Numbered from the stretch's first letter, positions 37,426 through 46,525 are shown. The stretch is DNA of 46,525 nucleotides from Bdellovibrionales bacterium (GCA_043746165.1 JAYTRM010000191.1:1-46525), one strand, 5' to 3'. Notes: generated from the letters alone by a model not told the origin. Numbers and translations: made by a program.

Positions 37426-38898
37426 ATGGATCTGCTCAAAGAAAACCTTGTTGCAATCGCCGGAGCGGTGCGAAGCAAAAAGATTTCCGCTCGCGAAGTC
37501 ACCGAATTTTTTCTCAAACGAGTGAAGAAACTCGATACTCAGCTCAATTCGTTTATCAGCGTGAATGACCGCGCGTTGAATGAGGCCGACGAAGTCGACG
37601 CGAAAATTAAAAAAGGTGAAGAGCCTGGCCTCCTCGCTGGCGTACCGATTGCTGTTAAAGACCTGCTCTGCACAGAAGGTCTGCGCACGACCGCCGCATC
37701 TAAAATACTCACGAACTTCGTCCCGCCCTATTCGGCTACCGTCATCAACCGACTGAAAATCGCCGGCGCTGTCGTGCTCGGAAAAACTAACCTCGATGAA
37801 TTCGCGATGGGTTCGAGCAATGAAACCTCGGCCTTCGGGGCGGTGAAAAACCCGTGGAATGTCGATTACGTCCCTGGCGGAAGCAGTGGTGGTTCGGCGG
37901 CCGCGTTGGCTGCGAGGCTCGCCCCCGGCGCGATTGGTACCGACACCGGCGGATCAATTCGTCAGCCCGCGAGTTTTTGCGGCGTGTATGGTATCAAGCC
38001 GACCTACGGCCGCGTGAGCCGCTACGGTATCATCGCCTACGCCTCAAGCCTCGATCAGGCTGGTCCGATGGCAAATTCAACAGAAGACTGCGCGACCATG
38101 CTCGAGGTGATAGCGGGAAAATGCAAACACGACGCGACCACTGCGAGCGAAGCGGTGCCAGCTTGGTCTCGGCAAACCAAAGCCGACGTGCGGGGTTTGC
38201 GCATAGGTCTTCCCAAAGAATATTTTAGTGAGACAATTGATGCTGACGTTATGCGGGTCACGCGAGATGCGATCGAGGCGTTAAAGAAGCTAGGAGCCAC
38301 GACTGTTGAGGTTTCCCTACCGCTCGTGAAATATTCAGTTCCTATTTACTATCTCATCGCGACCAGCGAGGCTTCGAGCAACTTAGCCCGCTATGACGGA
38401 GTTCGGTTTGGCCACCGAGCGGATTTCTCGCACGACGCTGCCAAAAATCTCGAAGAGTTCTACAGCACGACTCGCGCCGAGGGCTTCGGTACTGAAGTCA
38501 AACGTAGAATTATGCTCGGCACCTACGCGCTCAGCAGTGGCTACTACGATGCGTACTATCTCAAAGCCTGCCAAGTGCGCAGGCTATTGCGTGACGAATT
38601 TAGCAAAGCTTTTGAAAGCTGCGATGTGATGTTATCCCCGGTCACGACGTCGCCGGCGTTCAAAATCGGTTCACGTATTTCTGATCCTCTAGAAATGTAT
38701 CTCAACGACATCTTTACAACGTCGACCAATCTCGCGGGGCTTCCGGGAATGTCGGTGCCGGCTGGATTCTCCGCGAGTGGGCTACCCATTGGCATTCAGC
38801 TCACAGCGCGACACTTCGACGAGCAGAGAATCTTCAATACGGCTCTCGCCCTCGAGCAGTGCCTCGTAAAGGGTGAAAGGACACCGCATGTCATCTGA
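37426..38898 (+). CDS. gatA: Asp/Glu-tRNA amidotransferase subunit A
   Basis: Amidase signature GKTNLDEFAMGSS, GGSSGGS, DTGGSIRQPA; EVKRRIMLG. Confidence 0.98.
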   Translation: MDLLKENLVAIAGAVRSKKISAREVTEFFLKRVKKLDTQLNSFISVNDRALNEADEVDAKIKKGEEPGLLAGVPIAVKDLLCTEGLRTTAASKILTNFVPPYSATVINRLKIAGAVVLGKTNLDEFAMGSSNETSAFGAVKNPWNVDYVPGGSSGGSAAALAARLAPGAIGTDTGGSIRQPASFCGVYGIKPTYGRVSRYGIIAYASSLDQAGPMANSTEDCATMLEVIAGKCKHDATTASEAVPAWSRQTKADVRGLRIGLPKEYFSETIDADVMRVTRDAIEALKKLGATTVEVSLPLVKYSVPIYYLIATSEASSNLARYDGVRFGHRADFSHDAAKNLEEFYSTTRAEGFGTEVKRRIMLGTYALSSGYYDAYYLKACQVRRLLRDEFSKAFESCDVMLSPVTTSPAFKIGSRISDPLEMYLNDIFTTSTNLAGLPGMSVPAGFSASGLPIGIQLTARHFDEQRIFNTALALEQCLVKGERTPHVI

Positions 38899-40324
38899 AA
38901 CTCAATACGAACCGGTGATTGGCCTAGAAATTCATGTTCAGCTTCAAACCGCCAGCAAAATATTTTGCGCGAACTCAACTCACTTTGGCAGTCAGGACAA
39001 CGAAAACATATGTCCCGTCTGCACGGCGCTGCCCGGTGCATTACCTGTGCTCAACGAAAAGGTGGTCGAATTTTCGGTGAAAACCGGACTTGCCTTGGGT
39101 TGTCAAATTCGTCGCCAGGCGGTGTTTGCACGCAAGCAATATTTTTATCCGGATTTACCCAAAGGATATCAAATATCCCAATATGATCGACCCCTCTGTG
39201 AGCATGGCCAGTTGACGTTCTCGCTCGACGGAGTGAAGAAGGAAGTGAGCATCACGCGGGCCCACATGGAAGAAGACGCCGGCAAATCCACCCACCACGG
39301 TGAGTACAGTCTGATCAACCTCAATCGGGCGGGTATTCCGCTTCTTGAGATTGTTTCAGGTCCTGATATGTCTTCACCAGCCGAGGCGGCCGAATATGCA
39401 CGAAACATCCGGAAAATCGTTCGCTATCTGGAGGTTTGCGATGGCAACCTCGAAGAGGGGTCATTGCGCTGCGACTGCAACGTGAGTGTTCGCAAAAAAG
39501 GCACGACCAAGCTCGGAACGAAAGTTGAGATCAAGAATATCAACTCATTTCGGTTTATCGAAAAGGCCATAGAATACGAGATTCACCGGCAGATCGATTG
39601 CCTCGAGACGGGAGAACTCATTCGCCAGGAAACGAGACTCTACGATCCCGATAAAAACCGAACGTTCGCGATGCGCTCCAAAGAGGAGGCTCACGATTAT
39701 CGATATTTTCCAGATCCTGATTTACTGCCGCTCGATCTTGATCAGGTTTGGATCGATTCACTTAAAAAATCTTTGCCGGAGCTTCCGCTCGCGCGCATTG
39801 ACCGATTTGTCTCCGAATATCAGCTTCCAGAATACGACGCTGCCGCTCTAACCCAGGAGCGCGACCTGGCCGATTATTTTGAAAATGTCGCTCGCGTCAG
39901 CAAAAACGCTAAGGCGGCTTCAAATTGGGTGATGACGGATCTAACTCGGCAATTAAATGATTCAAAAAAGGCAATTCTGGACTCCCCCATTTCTGCCCAA
40001 CAGCTCGGAAAGCTGATCGCCCTCATCGACGGAGGAACCATCTCGGGGAAAATTGCAAAAACGGTATTTGCGGAGATGTGGTCAAGCCGCAAAGATCCTG
40101 ATGTCGTCATCCAAGAAAAAGGTTTAGTGCAAATAACGGACACGAGTGCCATCGAAAAAATCATTGATGCTGTCATCGCGTCCAATCCGCGCGAACTCGA
40201 GCAGTATCGCGGCGGAAAAGAAAAAGTGTTCGGATTTTTTGTTGGCCAGGCGATGAGGGCGTCCAAAGGTCAGGCCAGTCCTGACCTCGTCAATGAACTT
40301 CTCAAAAAGAAGCTCAAGTCATGA
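38888..40324 (+). CDS. gatB: Asp/Glu-tRNA amidotransferase subunit B
   Basis: IGLEIHVQL, YFYPDLPKGYQISQ, EEDAGK, DYRYFPDPDL; ATG38888. Confidence 0.98.
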   Translation: MSSETQYEPVIGLEIHVQLQTASKIFCANSTHFGSQDNENICPVCTALPGALPVLNEKVVEFSVKTGLALGCQIRRQAVFARKQYFYPDLPKGYQISQYDRPLCEHGQLTFSLDGVKKEVSITRAHMEEDAGKSTHHGEYSLINLNRAGIPLLEIVSGPDMSSPAEAAEYARNIRKIVRYLEVCDGNLEEGSLRCDCNVSVRKKGTTKLGTKVEIKNINSFRFIEKAIEYEIHRQIDCLETGELIRQETRLYDPDKNRTFAMRSKEEAHDYRYFPDPDLLPLDLDQVWIDSLKKSLPELPLARIDRFVSEYQLPEYDAAALTQERDLADYFENVARVSKNAKAASNWVMTDLTRQLNDSKKAILDSPISAQQLGKLIALIDGGTISGKIAKTVFAEMWSSRKDPDVVIQEKGLVQITDTSAIEKIIDAVIASNPRELEQYRGGKEKVFGFFVGQAMRASKGQASPDLVNELLKKKLKS

Positions 40325-41271
40325 GAGTCGCTGCGCTCGATCTTGGCACCAACACCTTCATACTTCTGGTCTGCGAGGTCGAGCTCGATGGCTCGCGGGC
40401 GCAGGTGACGAAAGTCCTACGAGACGAAGTGCGCCTCGTGCGGCTCGGCCAAGAGGTCAATCGCACGCGGCGGCTTCACCCCGAGGCGCTTGAGCGCGCG
40501 CGCGCATGTCTAGTTGAGTTTCAAAAAATTATTTCGGAAACAGGACCGGAGCGCGTCCAGGCAGTCGCCACGAGTGCAGCTCGAGACGTCGAAAATCGTG
40601 AGGAGCTCTTGGCGATCGGTCGCGCCGCCGGAATTCCGATCGCGATTGTTCCAGGAGAAACCGAAGCCGAATTTACTTTTTCTGGCACCGTAGAGTCGCA
40701 AGCGAGCGATGACGCGGATGAACTAAATATGATCGTCGATATTGGCGGAGGTTCGACCGAATACATAGTCGGAGACAAGCGGGGAATTATCTCACGGATC
40801 AGTCTTGATATTGGCAGCGTGCGGCTTACCGAAAAATTCATCACGAGTCATCCACCCTCGTTCGATGAGCGTGAACGTTTAAATAAATGGATCGACCAAG
40901 AGCTTGCTCGAGTCCAAAAAATGCTTGAACAGAATAGCGAGAGCCAGATGTCGGCGATTGCAGTCGCTGGAACTGCGACGACCCTCGCAACGCTTGACCA
41001 AGGTCGAGCGTTTGAATCAGAAGTCGTGAATGGCTACAAACTTACGATGGAGAGTTTGGCAAAATGGACTGCGCGCCTCGGCGAAATGACGGTCGAGGAG
41101 CGGCAGAAACTCGCCGGCATGGAGCCAAAACGCGCTGATGTGATCTTTGCCGGCGCCACGATTCTCTTTAGGTCGGCTCTTCAGCTTAAGATTCCCGATT
41201 TTTCGGTCTCGACTAGAGGGCTGCGCTTCGGCGTTGCAAAAGCACTCGCTCGCGGTGATGATTTTACCTGA
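40321..41271 (+). CDS. ppx: Ppx/GppA family phosphatase (short form, no HD domain)
   Basis: DLGTN, ATSAAR, GETEA, DIGGGSTE, RADVI, GLRFG; 4-bp overlap with gatB. Confidence 0.9.
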   Translation: MRVAALDLGTNTFILLVCEVELDGSRAQVTKVLRDEVRLVRLGQEVNRTRRLHPEALERARACLVEFQKIISETGPERVQAVATSAARDVENREELLAIGRAAGIPIAIVPGETEAEFTFSGTVESQASDDADELNMIVDIGGGSTEYIVGDKRGIISRISLDIGSVRLTEKFITSHPPSFDERERLNKWIDQELARVQKMLEQNSESQMSAIAVAGTATTLATLDQGRAFESEVVNGYKLTMESLAKWTARLGEMTVEERQKLAGMEPKRADVIFAGATILFRSALQLKIPDFSVSTRGLRFGVAKALARGDDFT

Positions 41272-41308
41272 CCTCAGCTGCAATTGCCTAAAGTCGCGGG
41301 GGAAACAG

Positions 41309-41827
41309 ATGATCAATTTTCGTCTTCGCCAGCCTCTCTCACTGAATCTCTTAATAATTATAACCGCGATGATGATTTGCAGTCCGCAGCTGAAAGCGCA
41401 ACCTGCAAACAAGGCTGATGCCGCCACTACAAAATTTTCAACTGGACAGCTTAAGATCGCCGGTCAAAACGTGACGGTTGAAATTGCCGATACTGATGCG
41501 CTTCGCACCCAAGGACTGATGTTTCGCGACAAGCTCGCTGATGGCCACGGAATGTTGTTCGTATTCGATGGTGAACAGTCACTGTCCTTTTGGATGAAGA
41601 ATACGTTGATCCCTCTTTCGATCGGCTATTTCGATCACAACCGCAAACTCGTAACGATATTAGAAATGACCCCGGCACTCGCGAGCGAACTCGAACCAAA
41701 GACTTATCCTAGCGGTTCACCCGTGCAATTTGCGCTGGAAATGCCCAAAGGTTGGTTTTCAAAAAACAAAATCACCGTTGGCACAACGTTCAGTTGGCCT
41801 GGTAAAAGTGAAAAATATCAGCATTGA
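41309..41827 (+). CDS. DUF192 family exported protein
   Basis: VEIADT...R.QGLMFR, GMLFVF, FWMKNTLIPLSI, ALE; signal peptide from ATG41309. Confidence 0.88.
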   Translation: MINFRLRQPLSLNLLIIITAMMICSPQLKAQPANKADAATTKFSTGQLKIAGQNVTVEIADTDALRTQGLMFRDKLADGHGMLFVFDGEQSLSFWMKNTLIPLSIGYFDHNRKLVTILEMTPALASELEPKTYPSGSPVQFALEMPKGWFSKNKITVGTTFSWPGKSEKYQH

Positions 41828-42029
41828 AAATATAATTAATTTCGCGACTAGCCTCGACATTCCTCACGGAAACCGCTCGACATCAGTCGCTCTCGCCTAG
41901 CCAAACAAAGAGTAAAGCTACCGACTTTAGTCATCAAAAATCAGCTTTTCCGCCGCTGTGGCTATGACTAAGGCCGCGATTGCATCGATAGCATTGCAGA
42001 AACTTTGTGGTTCCAAGACTTGCTGTGAT

Positions 42030-42057
42030 TTAATTATTGGTAAGCCAGTGCCGATAG
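42030..42057 (+). promoter_or_regulatory. sigma28-like promoter upstream of the LysM lipoprotein gene
   Basis: TTAA-N16-GCCGATAG. Confidence 0.55.
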
Positions 42058-42132
42058 GCTGAATGACGTGTTACCAGCAGATAGGCTGATAACGTAATTT
42101 AACTTCGCCAGCGGCTTAAGGACTTAGCAGCT

Positions 42133-43509
42133 ATGACGAAAAAAAGATTGTTCTTCGTACTCATCGCACTTTGCGTCTCCACTCATTTGACGGGTTGCAG
42201 TTCGAGCGACTCCAAAGATGACGATTCAGCTGACTCCGCCTCCACCGAAGGTGGACAGGACGGAGACTTCGCGCAGGATGACGGCGGGGCTGGTAGCCCG
42301 CAGGATCAAATCGCGCAAGATGACACGGCTAAAAAAAGCGACGAGGCTACTCCTCAAGATAACGGCCAAGACTTGGCTCTTGATGGGCAAGCTAAGGACG
42401 CTGGGAAAAAAGTAGCCGACGCAGCTAAGGATGACCTCTCTTTAAATGATGGGCTTCCGGACCAGGCGCCCGCAGCAGATCAAGCAAAGACTGCTGCGAT
42501 AAAAGCTGAAGAAGCAGTAGCACCGGTTGCGGACGGCAAAGCTGAGCAAGCCTCAAGCGCGCCTCCAGCAACTGAGGCGCCAAAAGACGAGGCCGCAGCA
42601 GGTGCCGCTCCTCCGTCAGAAGGAATGGCTGCAGCTGCTCCGGCTGAGGAAAAACCCAAGGCGAACAATTCGCTTCAAAAAGCTAAAGAAGCAGCATTTG
42701 ATTCAGGTGGCACGCTGCTAAACCGGGTTTATATTGGTCGGGCTAATGACACCGTTAAAGGCGTCAGCGAGCGACTCTACGGTAAAAATCGTCAGAAAGA
42801 TTTGAAGGCTTGGAACAGCTTTCTTAAGCGCGGAGTAAAAGTCGGCGACAAAATTTATTATCAATCTCCAACAGCGCCCGATGATCAAAAGATGTTGACC
42901 TACTTTGAGGAAATGAATATTCCGCCGCAGATTTATACGGCCAAAGAAGGCGACAATATTCGCTCAGTTGCAACGACCCTACTTGGTGACAAAGATAGCT
43001 GGAAAGAAGTTTGGGAAACCAACGCTGGTGTGGAGTCGAAAGCTTCCATCGCAGCCGGAACCGAGCTTAAGTACTGGCCCGACAGCGCCCTCAGCGCGGC
43101 GGCTGCGCCCCCGGCGGGCAACGAAGCTCCCGGTGGCAAAGACGTAGCTATGAATACTCCGCCGGACTCGAATGTGGCACCACCGAACCCTGACACGGGC
43201 GCCCCTTCGATGACGCCACCTGCGCCAGCTTCAACTCCAGATAAACCGACGGCCGCCATGGGAACTGCCGGCGCTCCGCCAGTGGAAGCGCCGCCGCCGC
43301 CACCACCTCCACCGCCGCCACCACCACCGCCTCCGGAGCAGCCGAAGCCGATGAAAAAGATCGTAGCAAAGGAAGACCCTTCCAGCGATCCCGACCAGAT
43401 GATGATGATTGGAATTGGAGCGATTTTGATTACGGCAGCTGGTGTCTTGTTCTTTGTCCTCAAGAGAAATCGGGCAAAGCGTGTTGACCTAAGCCAAACC
43501 CAAGTCTAA
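42133..43509 (+). CDS. lipoprotein with acidic IDR, LysM-like domains, poly-Pro linker and C-terminal TM helix
   Basis: LTGC lipobox; YTAKEGDNIRSVA..LG...WKEVWETN LysM-like unit plus a second degenerate one; P15; MMMIGIGAILITAAGVLFFVL-KRNRAKR. Confidence 0.85.
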   Translation: MTKKRLFFVLIALCVSTHLTGCSSSDSKDDDSADSASTEGGQDGDFAQDDGGAGSPQDQIAQDDTAKKSDEATPQDNGQDLALDGQAKDAGKKVADAAKDDLSLNDGLPDQAPAADQAKTAAIKAEEAVAPVADGKAEQASSAPPATEAPKDEAAAGAAPPSEGMAAAAPAEEKPKANNSLQKAKEAAFDSGGTLLNRVYIGRANDTVKGVSERLYGKNRQKDLKAWNSFLKRGVKVGDKIYYQSPTAPDDQKMLTYFEEMNIPPQIYTAKEGDNIRSVATTLLGDKDSWKEVWETNAGVESKASIAAGTELKYWPDSALSAAAAPPAGNEAPGGKDVAMNTPPDSNVAPPNPDTGAPSMTPPAPASTPDKPTAAMGTAGAPPVEAPPPPPPPPPPPPPPPEQPKPMKKIVAKEDPSSDPDQMMMIGIGAILITAAGVLFFVLKRNRAKRVDLSQTQV

Positions 43510-43556
43510 GTCGTGAAACCCGCCGCTCAAGCTGCGGGGGTCAGAATAAAGAGAGT

Positions 43557-43581
43557 CAAAAGGCCCGAACAGGGCCTTTTG
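43557..43581. terminator. bidirectional terminator-like hairpin after the LysM gene
   Basis: CAAAAGGCCC-GAACA-GGGCCTTTTG. Confidence 0.8.
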
Positions 43582-43583
43582 CA

Positions 43584-43754
43584 TTTTGTAAACTGCCCCC
43601 TTACACTGTGTTGCGAGCTACCGGTGATATTAGGATGCCGGCAGAGGAAACGGGCGTTTGTCCCCTGAGAGTTACCAGAATCTAGTCGTTTGCTGGCGAT
43701 TGACTCTCGAACGTAACTCTTCACTTGCAACACAATAAGGGGCCAGTTTCAAAA
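43584..43754 (+). ncRNA. candidate structured ncRNA or MITE-like element (long closing stem plus three hairpins)
   Basis: ~30-bp imperfect terminal inverted repeat enclosing three abutting hairpins; several G-U pairs work only on the + strand. Confidence 0.5.
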
Positions 43755-43756
43755 GC

Positions 43757-43780
43757 AAAAGGCCCTTTGCAGGGCCTTTT
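43757..43780. terminator. bidirectional terminator-like hairpin after the PilZ gene
   Basis: AAAAGGCCCT-TTGC-AGGGCCTTTT, perfect 10-bp stem. Confidence 0.82.
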
Positions 43781-43818
43781 CACCTTTGGGGCGATGTGGG
43801 TTTTTGAGAAATTAAAGA

Positions 43819-44187
43819 TCAGCCGGTTTGTTTAAAGATGTCGTCGAGAACAGTGCGACGGTTTTCGCGCTTGCTCTCGACGAAGTACATCAAGTCATCG
43901 ACAATTTGAACGTCTCGGTTGTTGGTCGGATTGAATTTGATCCCTGAGCCTTGGGGGCTCGACCATATAATGGAGGCGCCAATCTTGCGTACGCGGCCGC
44001 CGACCTTGAAGGTAATGGCAACTTTGTCTCCCTTTTTAAGGGCTTCGTTCACGTGCTCCAGGAAGGCACCCGAGATACTGATATTCTTGAGTTGGCCTGT
44101 ATCGTTAGAGCGGCCATAACTCTTGCGATACTCAATCTCAAGTTTGAGAGGTATGCGCGGGGACGGATTCGTTTCGCTTGCGTTCAT
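43819..44187 (-). CDS. stand-alone PilZ-domain protein
   Basis: PRIPLKL, NISISGAFL (D/NxSxxG), GIKF; GGAGG SD. Confidence 0.88.
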   Translation of the reverse strand: MNASETNPSPRIPLKLEIEYRKSYGRSNDTGQLKNISISGAFLEHVNEALKKGDKVAITFKVGGRVRKIGASIIWSSPQGSGIKFNPTNNRDVQIVDDLMYFVESKRENRRTVLDDIFKQTG

Positions 44188-44265
44188 CTTTTAACCTCCA
44201 AGTCAGCTAGTCGACCCGGTTACATTTAGGTTCAGCGACAAAATCGCTGAAGCAGCTTACAGTGC

Positions 44266-44292
44266 TCATCGGTGCGAGGTGGGTTAAATTAA
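44266..44292 (-). promoter_or_regulatory. sigma28-like promoter of the PilZ gene
   Basis: TTAA-N15-ACCGATGA on the minus strand. Confidence 0.45.
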
Positions 44293-44444
44293 GGCTATTC
44301 TTGAGTTTTTGAAGAACTCACAGAAAATTCCGCACCAATTTGAGAATTTTCCATCCAAGGTTGCTATGAGGGGTCCTCAAAGCTCGGAAAACTGTTGATT
44401 CGATAGACACCTACAAACTCCTCAAAACGGCAGCAGAATCGCCG

Positions 44445-44473
44445 TTGACAAGAGTAGGGTACTAGCTCAAACT
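44445..44473 (+). promoter_or_regulatory. sigma70-like promoter for rho
   Basis: TTGACA-N17-CAAACT, implying a ~270-nt leader. Confidence 0.45.
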
Positions 44474-44747
44474 AGTCCCAGCTCGAACTTGAGATCTTAC
44501 GCGATAGGCAAAGCAACGGCTAAGCCCAGTCCGATGAGTTTTTGCAAGATATACTGATAGTGTTTCGATGGGCTTCGTGAAATGTGCCGAGCAGCCAATC
44601 CGATAACCAACCAATAAGTCAAAAAATTCCGGCTGGTCAAAGCGTTAGCGATTAACTAATTAAAATTACAGAACAAATACAGAATAAAAACGTACTTTAA
44701 GACAGATTTAACCAACCAACCGAACTATTCCAAGGAGCTGCATCGCC

Positions 44748-46525
44748 GTGTCAGATGCCAATGAGCCAAGCGCCCCCAAACCGGTAAGATCCAAAACAAC
44801 AGCAGCTGAAAGCAACGAGGGAAATTCCTCCTCTCCACCTGCGGTGCAGAGCGTTTCCGAAGGTGCTGGTCGAGCGGAGTCTCCCTCCGCAGTCCACCCG
44901 CAAAACTCTGCACCTCGCGAACACTCGGGCGAAGAAGGTAGTAGACCTGAGCGTCCTCCTCAAGAGCGGCCGCAGTACAGTGGCGGTGGCGAAAGAAAAC
45001 GAACATTCAAAGATAAACGCCACAGTGGTCCGCGCGGTGACGGCGGGGGACCAGGAAATGGATCGGGCGGGCCATCCTACGGTGGATCAGGTGGTGGACC
45101 GGGCGGCGGATCTGCCAACGGTAAATATCGTGACCGGCACCAAGGTGGTGGCGGCGGCGGTGGCGGTGGCCGTGATCGCCAAAATCAGGGTCGTGATCGC
45201 TATGGTCAACAAAACGGTGGCCATCATCGCGATATGATGATGGATGATCCGGTTGATATTCCGCCGGTTTCGGATGCCGACCTTTCGGCAATCGAACTGA
45301 GTGAAGCAGATCGAACCGATCTGACCTCAAAAGGCTTGAAATCCAAAAAGATCGAAGAGCTGACCGCGCTCGCGGGCAAGCTGATGATCGAAAACGCAGC
45401 CGGACTTCGTCGTCAGGATTTGGTTTTCGAAATTCTCAAGCGTGCGGCGCGTCTCGGCGATATTTATGGCAACGGCGTTCTCGAAATTCTTCCTGATGGC
45501 TATGGCTTCTTGCGATCGCCTGACTACAACTATCTTCCAGGACCGGATGACATTTACGTTAGCCCCTCGCAAATTCGCCGTTTCGGCCTGCGCACCGGCG
45601 ATACGGTAAGCGGTACGGTTCGTCCTCCCAAGGAAGGCGAGCGTTACTTTGCACTTTTGAAGGTCGAGAATCTCAACCATGAGGCTCCCGAAAAAGCGCG
45701 TGAGAAAATTCTTTTTGATAACTTGACGCCACTTTATCCCGAAGATCGCCTGAAGCTCGAACATTTACCGAACGAGTACACCACGCGCGTCGTGGATCTG
45801 ATGTCTCCGCTCGGCAAAGGGCAACGAGCTCTGATCGTCGCTCCTCCACGAACTGGTAAAACAGTTCTTATGCAGAATATTGCCAACGCGATTTCGGCAA
45901 ATCATCCCGAAGTGAAGTTGATTGTTCTGCTGATCGACGAACGTCCCGAAGAAGTGACTGACATGCTCCGCAACGTCAAAGGTGAAGTCATCAGCTCGAC
46001 CTTTGATGAACCGCCCACGCGTCACGTGCAAGTGGCCGAGATGGTCATCGAAAAAGCGAAGCGTCTTGTGGAACACAAGCATGACGTCGTGATCTTGCTC
46101 GACTCGATCACGCGCCTCGCTCGCGCCTACAATACAGTGGTTCCGCCATCGGGCAAAATTCTGTCCGGCGGTGTCGACTCCAACGCTCTTCACAAGCCGA
46201 AGCGTTTCTTCGGAGCCGCTCGAAATATCGAAGAGGGTGGAAGTCTCACGATCATTGCAACTGCGTTGATCGACACGGGCTCGCGCATGGACGAAGAGAT
46301 CTTCGAGGAGTTCAAAGGTACGGGTAACTCCGAAATTCACCTCGATCGCAAGTTGATGGAGAAGCGAATCTTCCCTTGTATGGACATCAATAAGTCGGGA
46401 ACTCGAAAAGAAGATCTCTTGGTCGAACGCGCGGATCTCAACCGCCTGTGGATTTTGCGCAAAGTTTTGGCACCCATGAACGTTGTGGATAGCATGGAGT
46501 TTTTGCTCGATAAACTGAGCGCAAC
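44748..46525 (+). CDS. rho: transcription termination factor Rho with a long disordered N-terminal extension (runs off the window)
   Basis: Absent from the ORF track because there is no stop in the window; GTG44748 after AAGGAG; translated by hand: [61 protein letters not shown]. Confidence 0.97.
   Translation, partial: MSDANEPSAPKPVRSKTTAAESNEGNSSSPPAVQSVSEGAGRAESPSAVHPQNSAPREHSGEEGSRPERPPQERPQYSGGGERKRTFKDKRHSGPRGDGGGPGNGSGGPSYGGSGGGPGGGSANGKYRDRHQGGGGGGGGGRDRQNQGRDRYGQQNGGHHRDMMMDDPVDIPPVSDADLSAIELSEADRTDLTSKGLKSKKIEELTALAGKLMIENAAGLRRQDLVFEILKRAARLGDIYGNGVLEILPDGYGFLRSPDYNYLPGPDDIYVSPSQIRRFGLRTGDTVSGTVRPPKEGERYFALLKVENLNHEAPEKAREKILFDNLTPLYPEDRLKLEHLPNEYTTRVVDLMSPLGKGQRALIVAPPRTGKTVLMQNIANAISANHPEVKLIVLLIDERPEEVTDMLRNVKGEVISSTFDEPPTRHVQVAEMVIEKAKRLVEHKHDVVILLDSITRLARAYNTVVPPSGKILSGGVDSNALHKPKRFFGAARNIEEGGSLTIIATALIDTGSRMDEEIFEEFKGTGNSEIHLDRKLMEKRIFPCMDINKSGTRKEDLLVERADLNRLWILRKVLAPMNVVDSMEFLLDKLSA

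Noticed and set aside
41895-41990. Partial resemblance to a c-di-GMP-I riboswitch (TAAAGCTACCG...CTATGAC)
   Set aside because: The GGCAAAC-stem-GNRA-GACGC module is absent; the same applies to GGCAAAGC near 44507
43527-43733. 68-aa minus-strand ORF across the structured element
   Set aside because: No SD, no motif, and it crosses a terminator hairpin
43584-43754. Element as a retron ncRNA, 6S RNA, tRNA or attC site
   Set aside because: No reverse transcriptase or integrase in the window; branched rather than a rod with a central bubble; no T-loop or CCA on the favoured strand; attC core sites not in the right order
44725-46340. Track ORFs 44725-45006, 44863-45237, 45007-45330, 45327-45764 and 45765-46340
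   Set aside because: Alternative-frame or antisense shadows of rho

Overview
Mostly core chromosome of a probable Bdellovibrionota bacterium. The taxon is inferred from a 64-aa Bd0055/HBb-type bacterial histone, a membrane-arm-only nuo cluster and several sigma28-like promoters. Gene order: hypothetical, GH3 nagZ-like, mfd, nuoA-H-J-K-L-M-N, an accessory cassette (two paralogous secreted minimal alpha/beta-hydrolases plus an atypical YkuD-type L,D-transpeptidase), patatin, HTH/coiled-coil protein, lon, two tandem DksA/TraR paralogues (4-Cys and 1-Cys), a type II TA pair, LpoA-like/dnaJ/grpE/hemW, M16 peptidase, a degenerate zincin, a conserved hypothetical, tatBC, a metallophosphoesterase, the histone, ligA, gatCAB-ppx-DUF192, a double-anchored LysM lipoprotein, a PilZ protein and a 3'-truncated rho with a ~190-aa disordered N-terminus. 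I saw no tRNA, rRNA, CRISPR array or transposase. The strongest unexplained signals are (i) a ~225-bp element at 43557-43780 that folds into a long closing stem with a four-way junction between twin terminators, (ii) the secreted hydrolase/L,D-transpeptidase cassette and (iii) a structured leader upstream of the 1-Cys dksA. All family calls come from motif recognition by eye; no searches were run.
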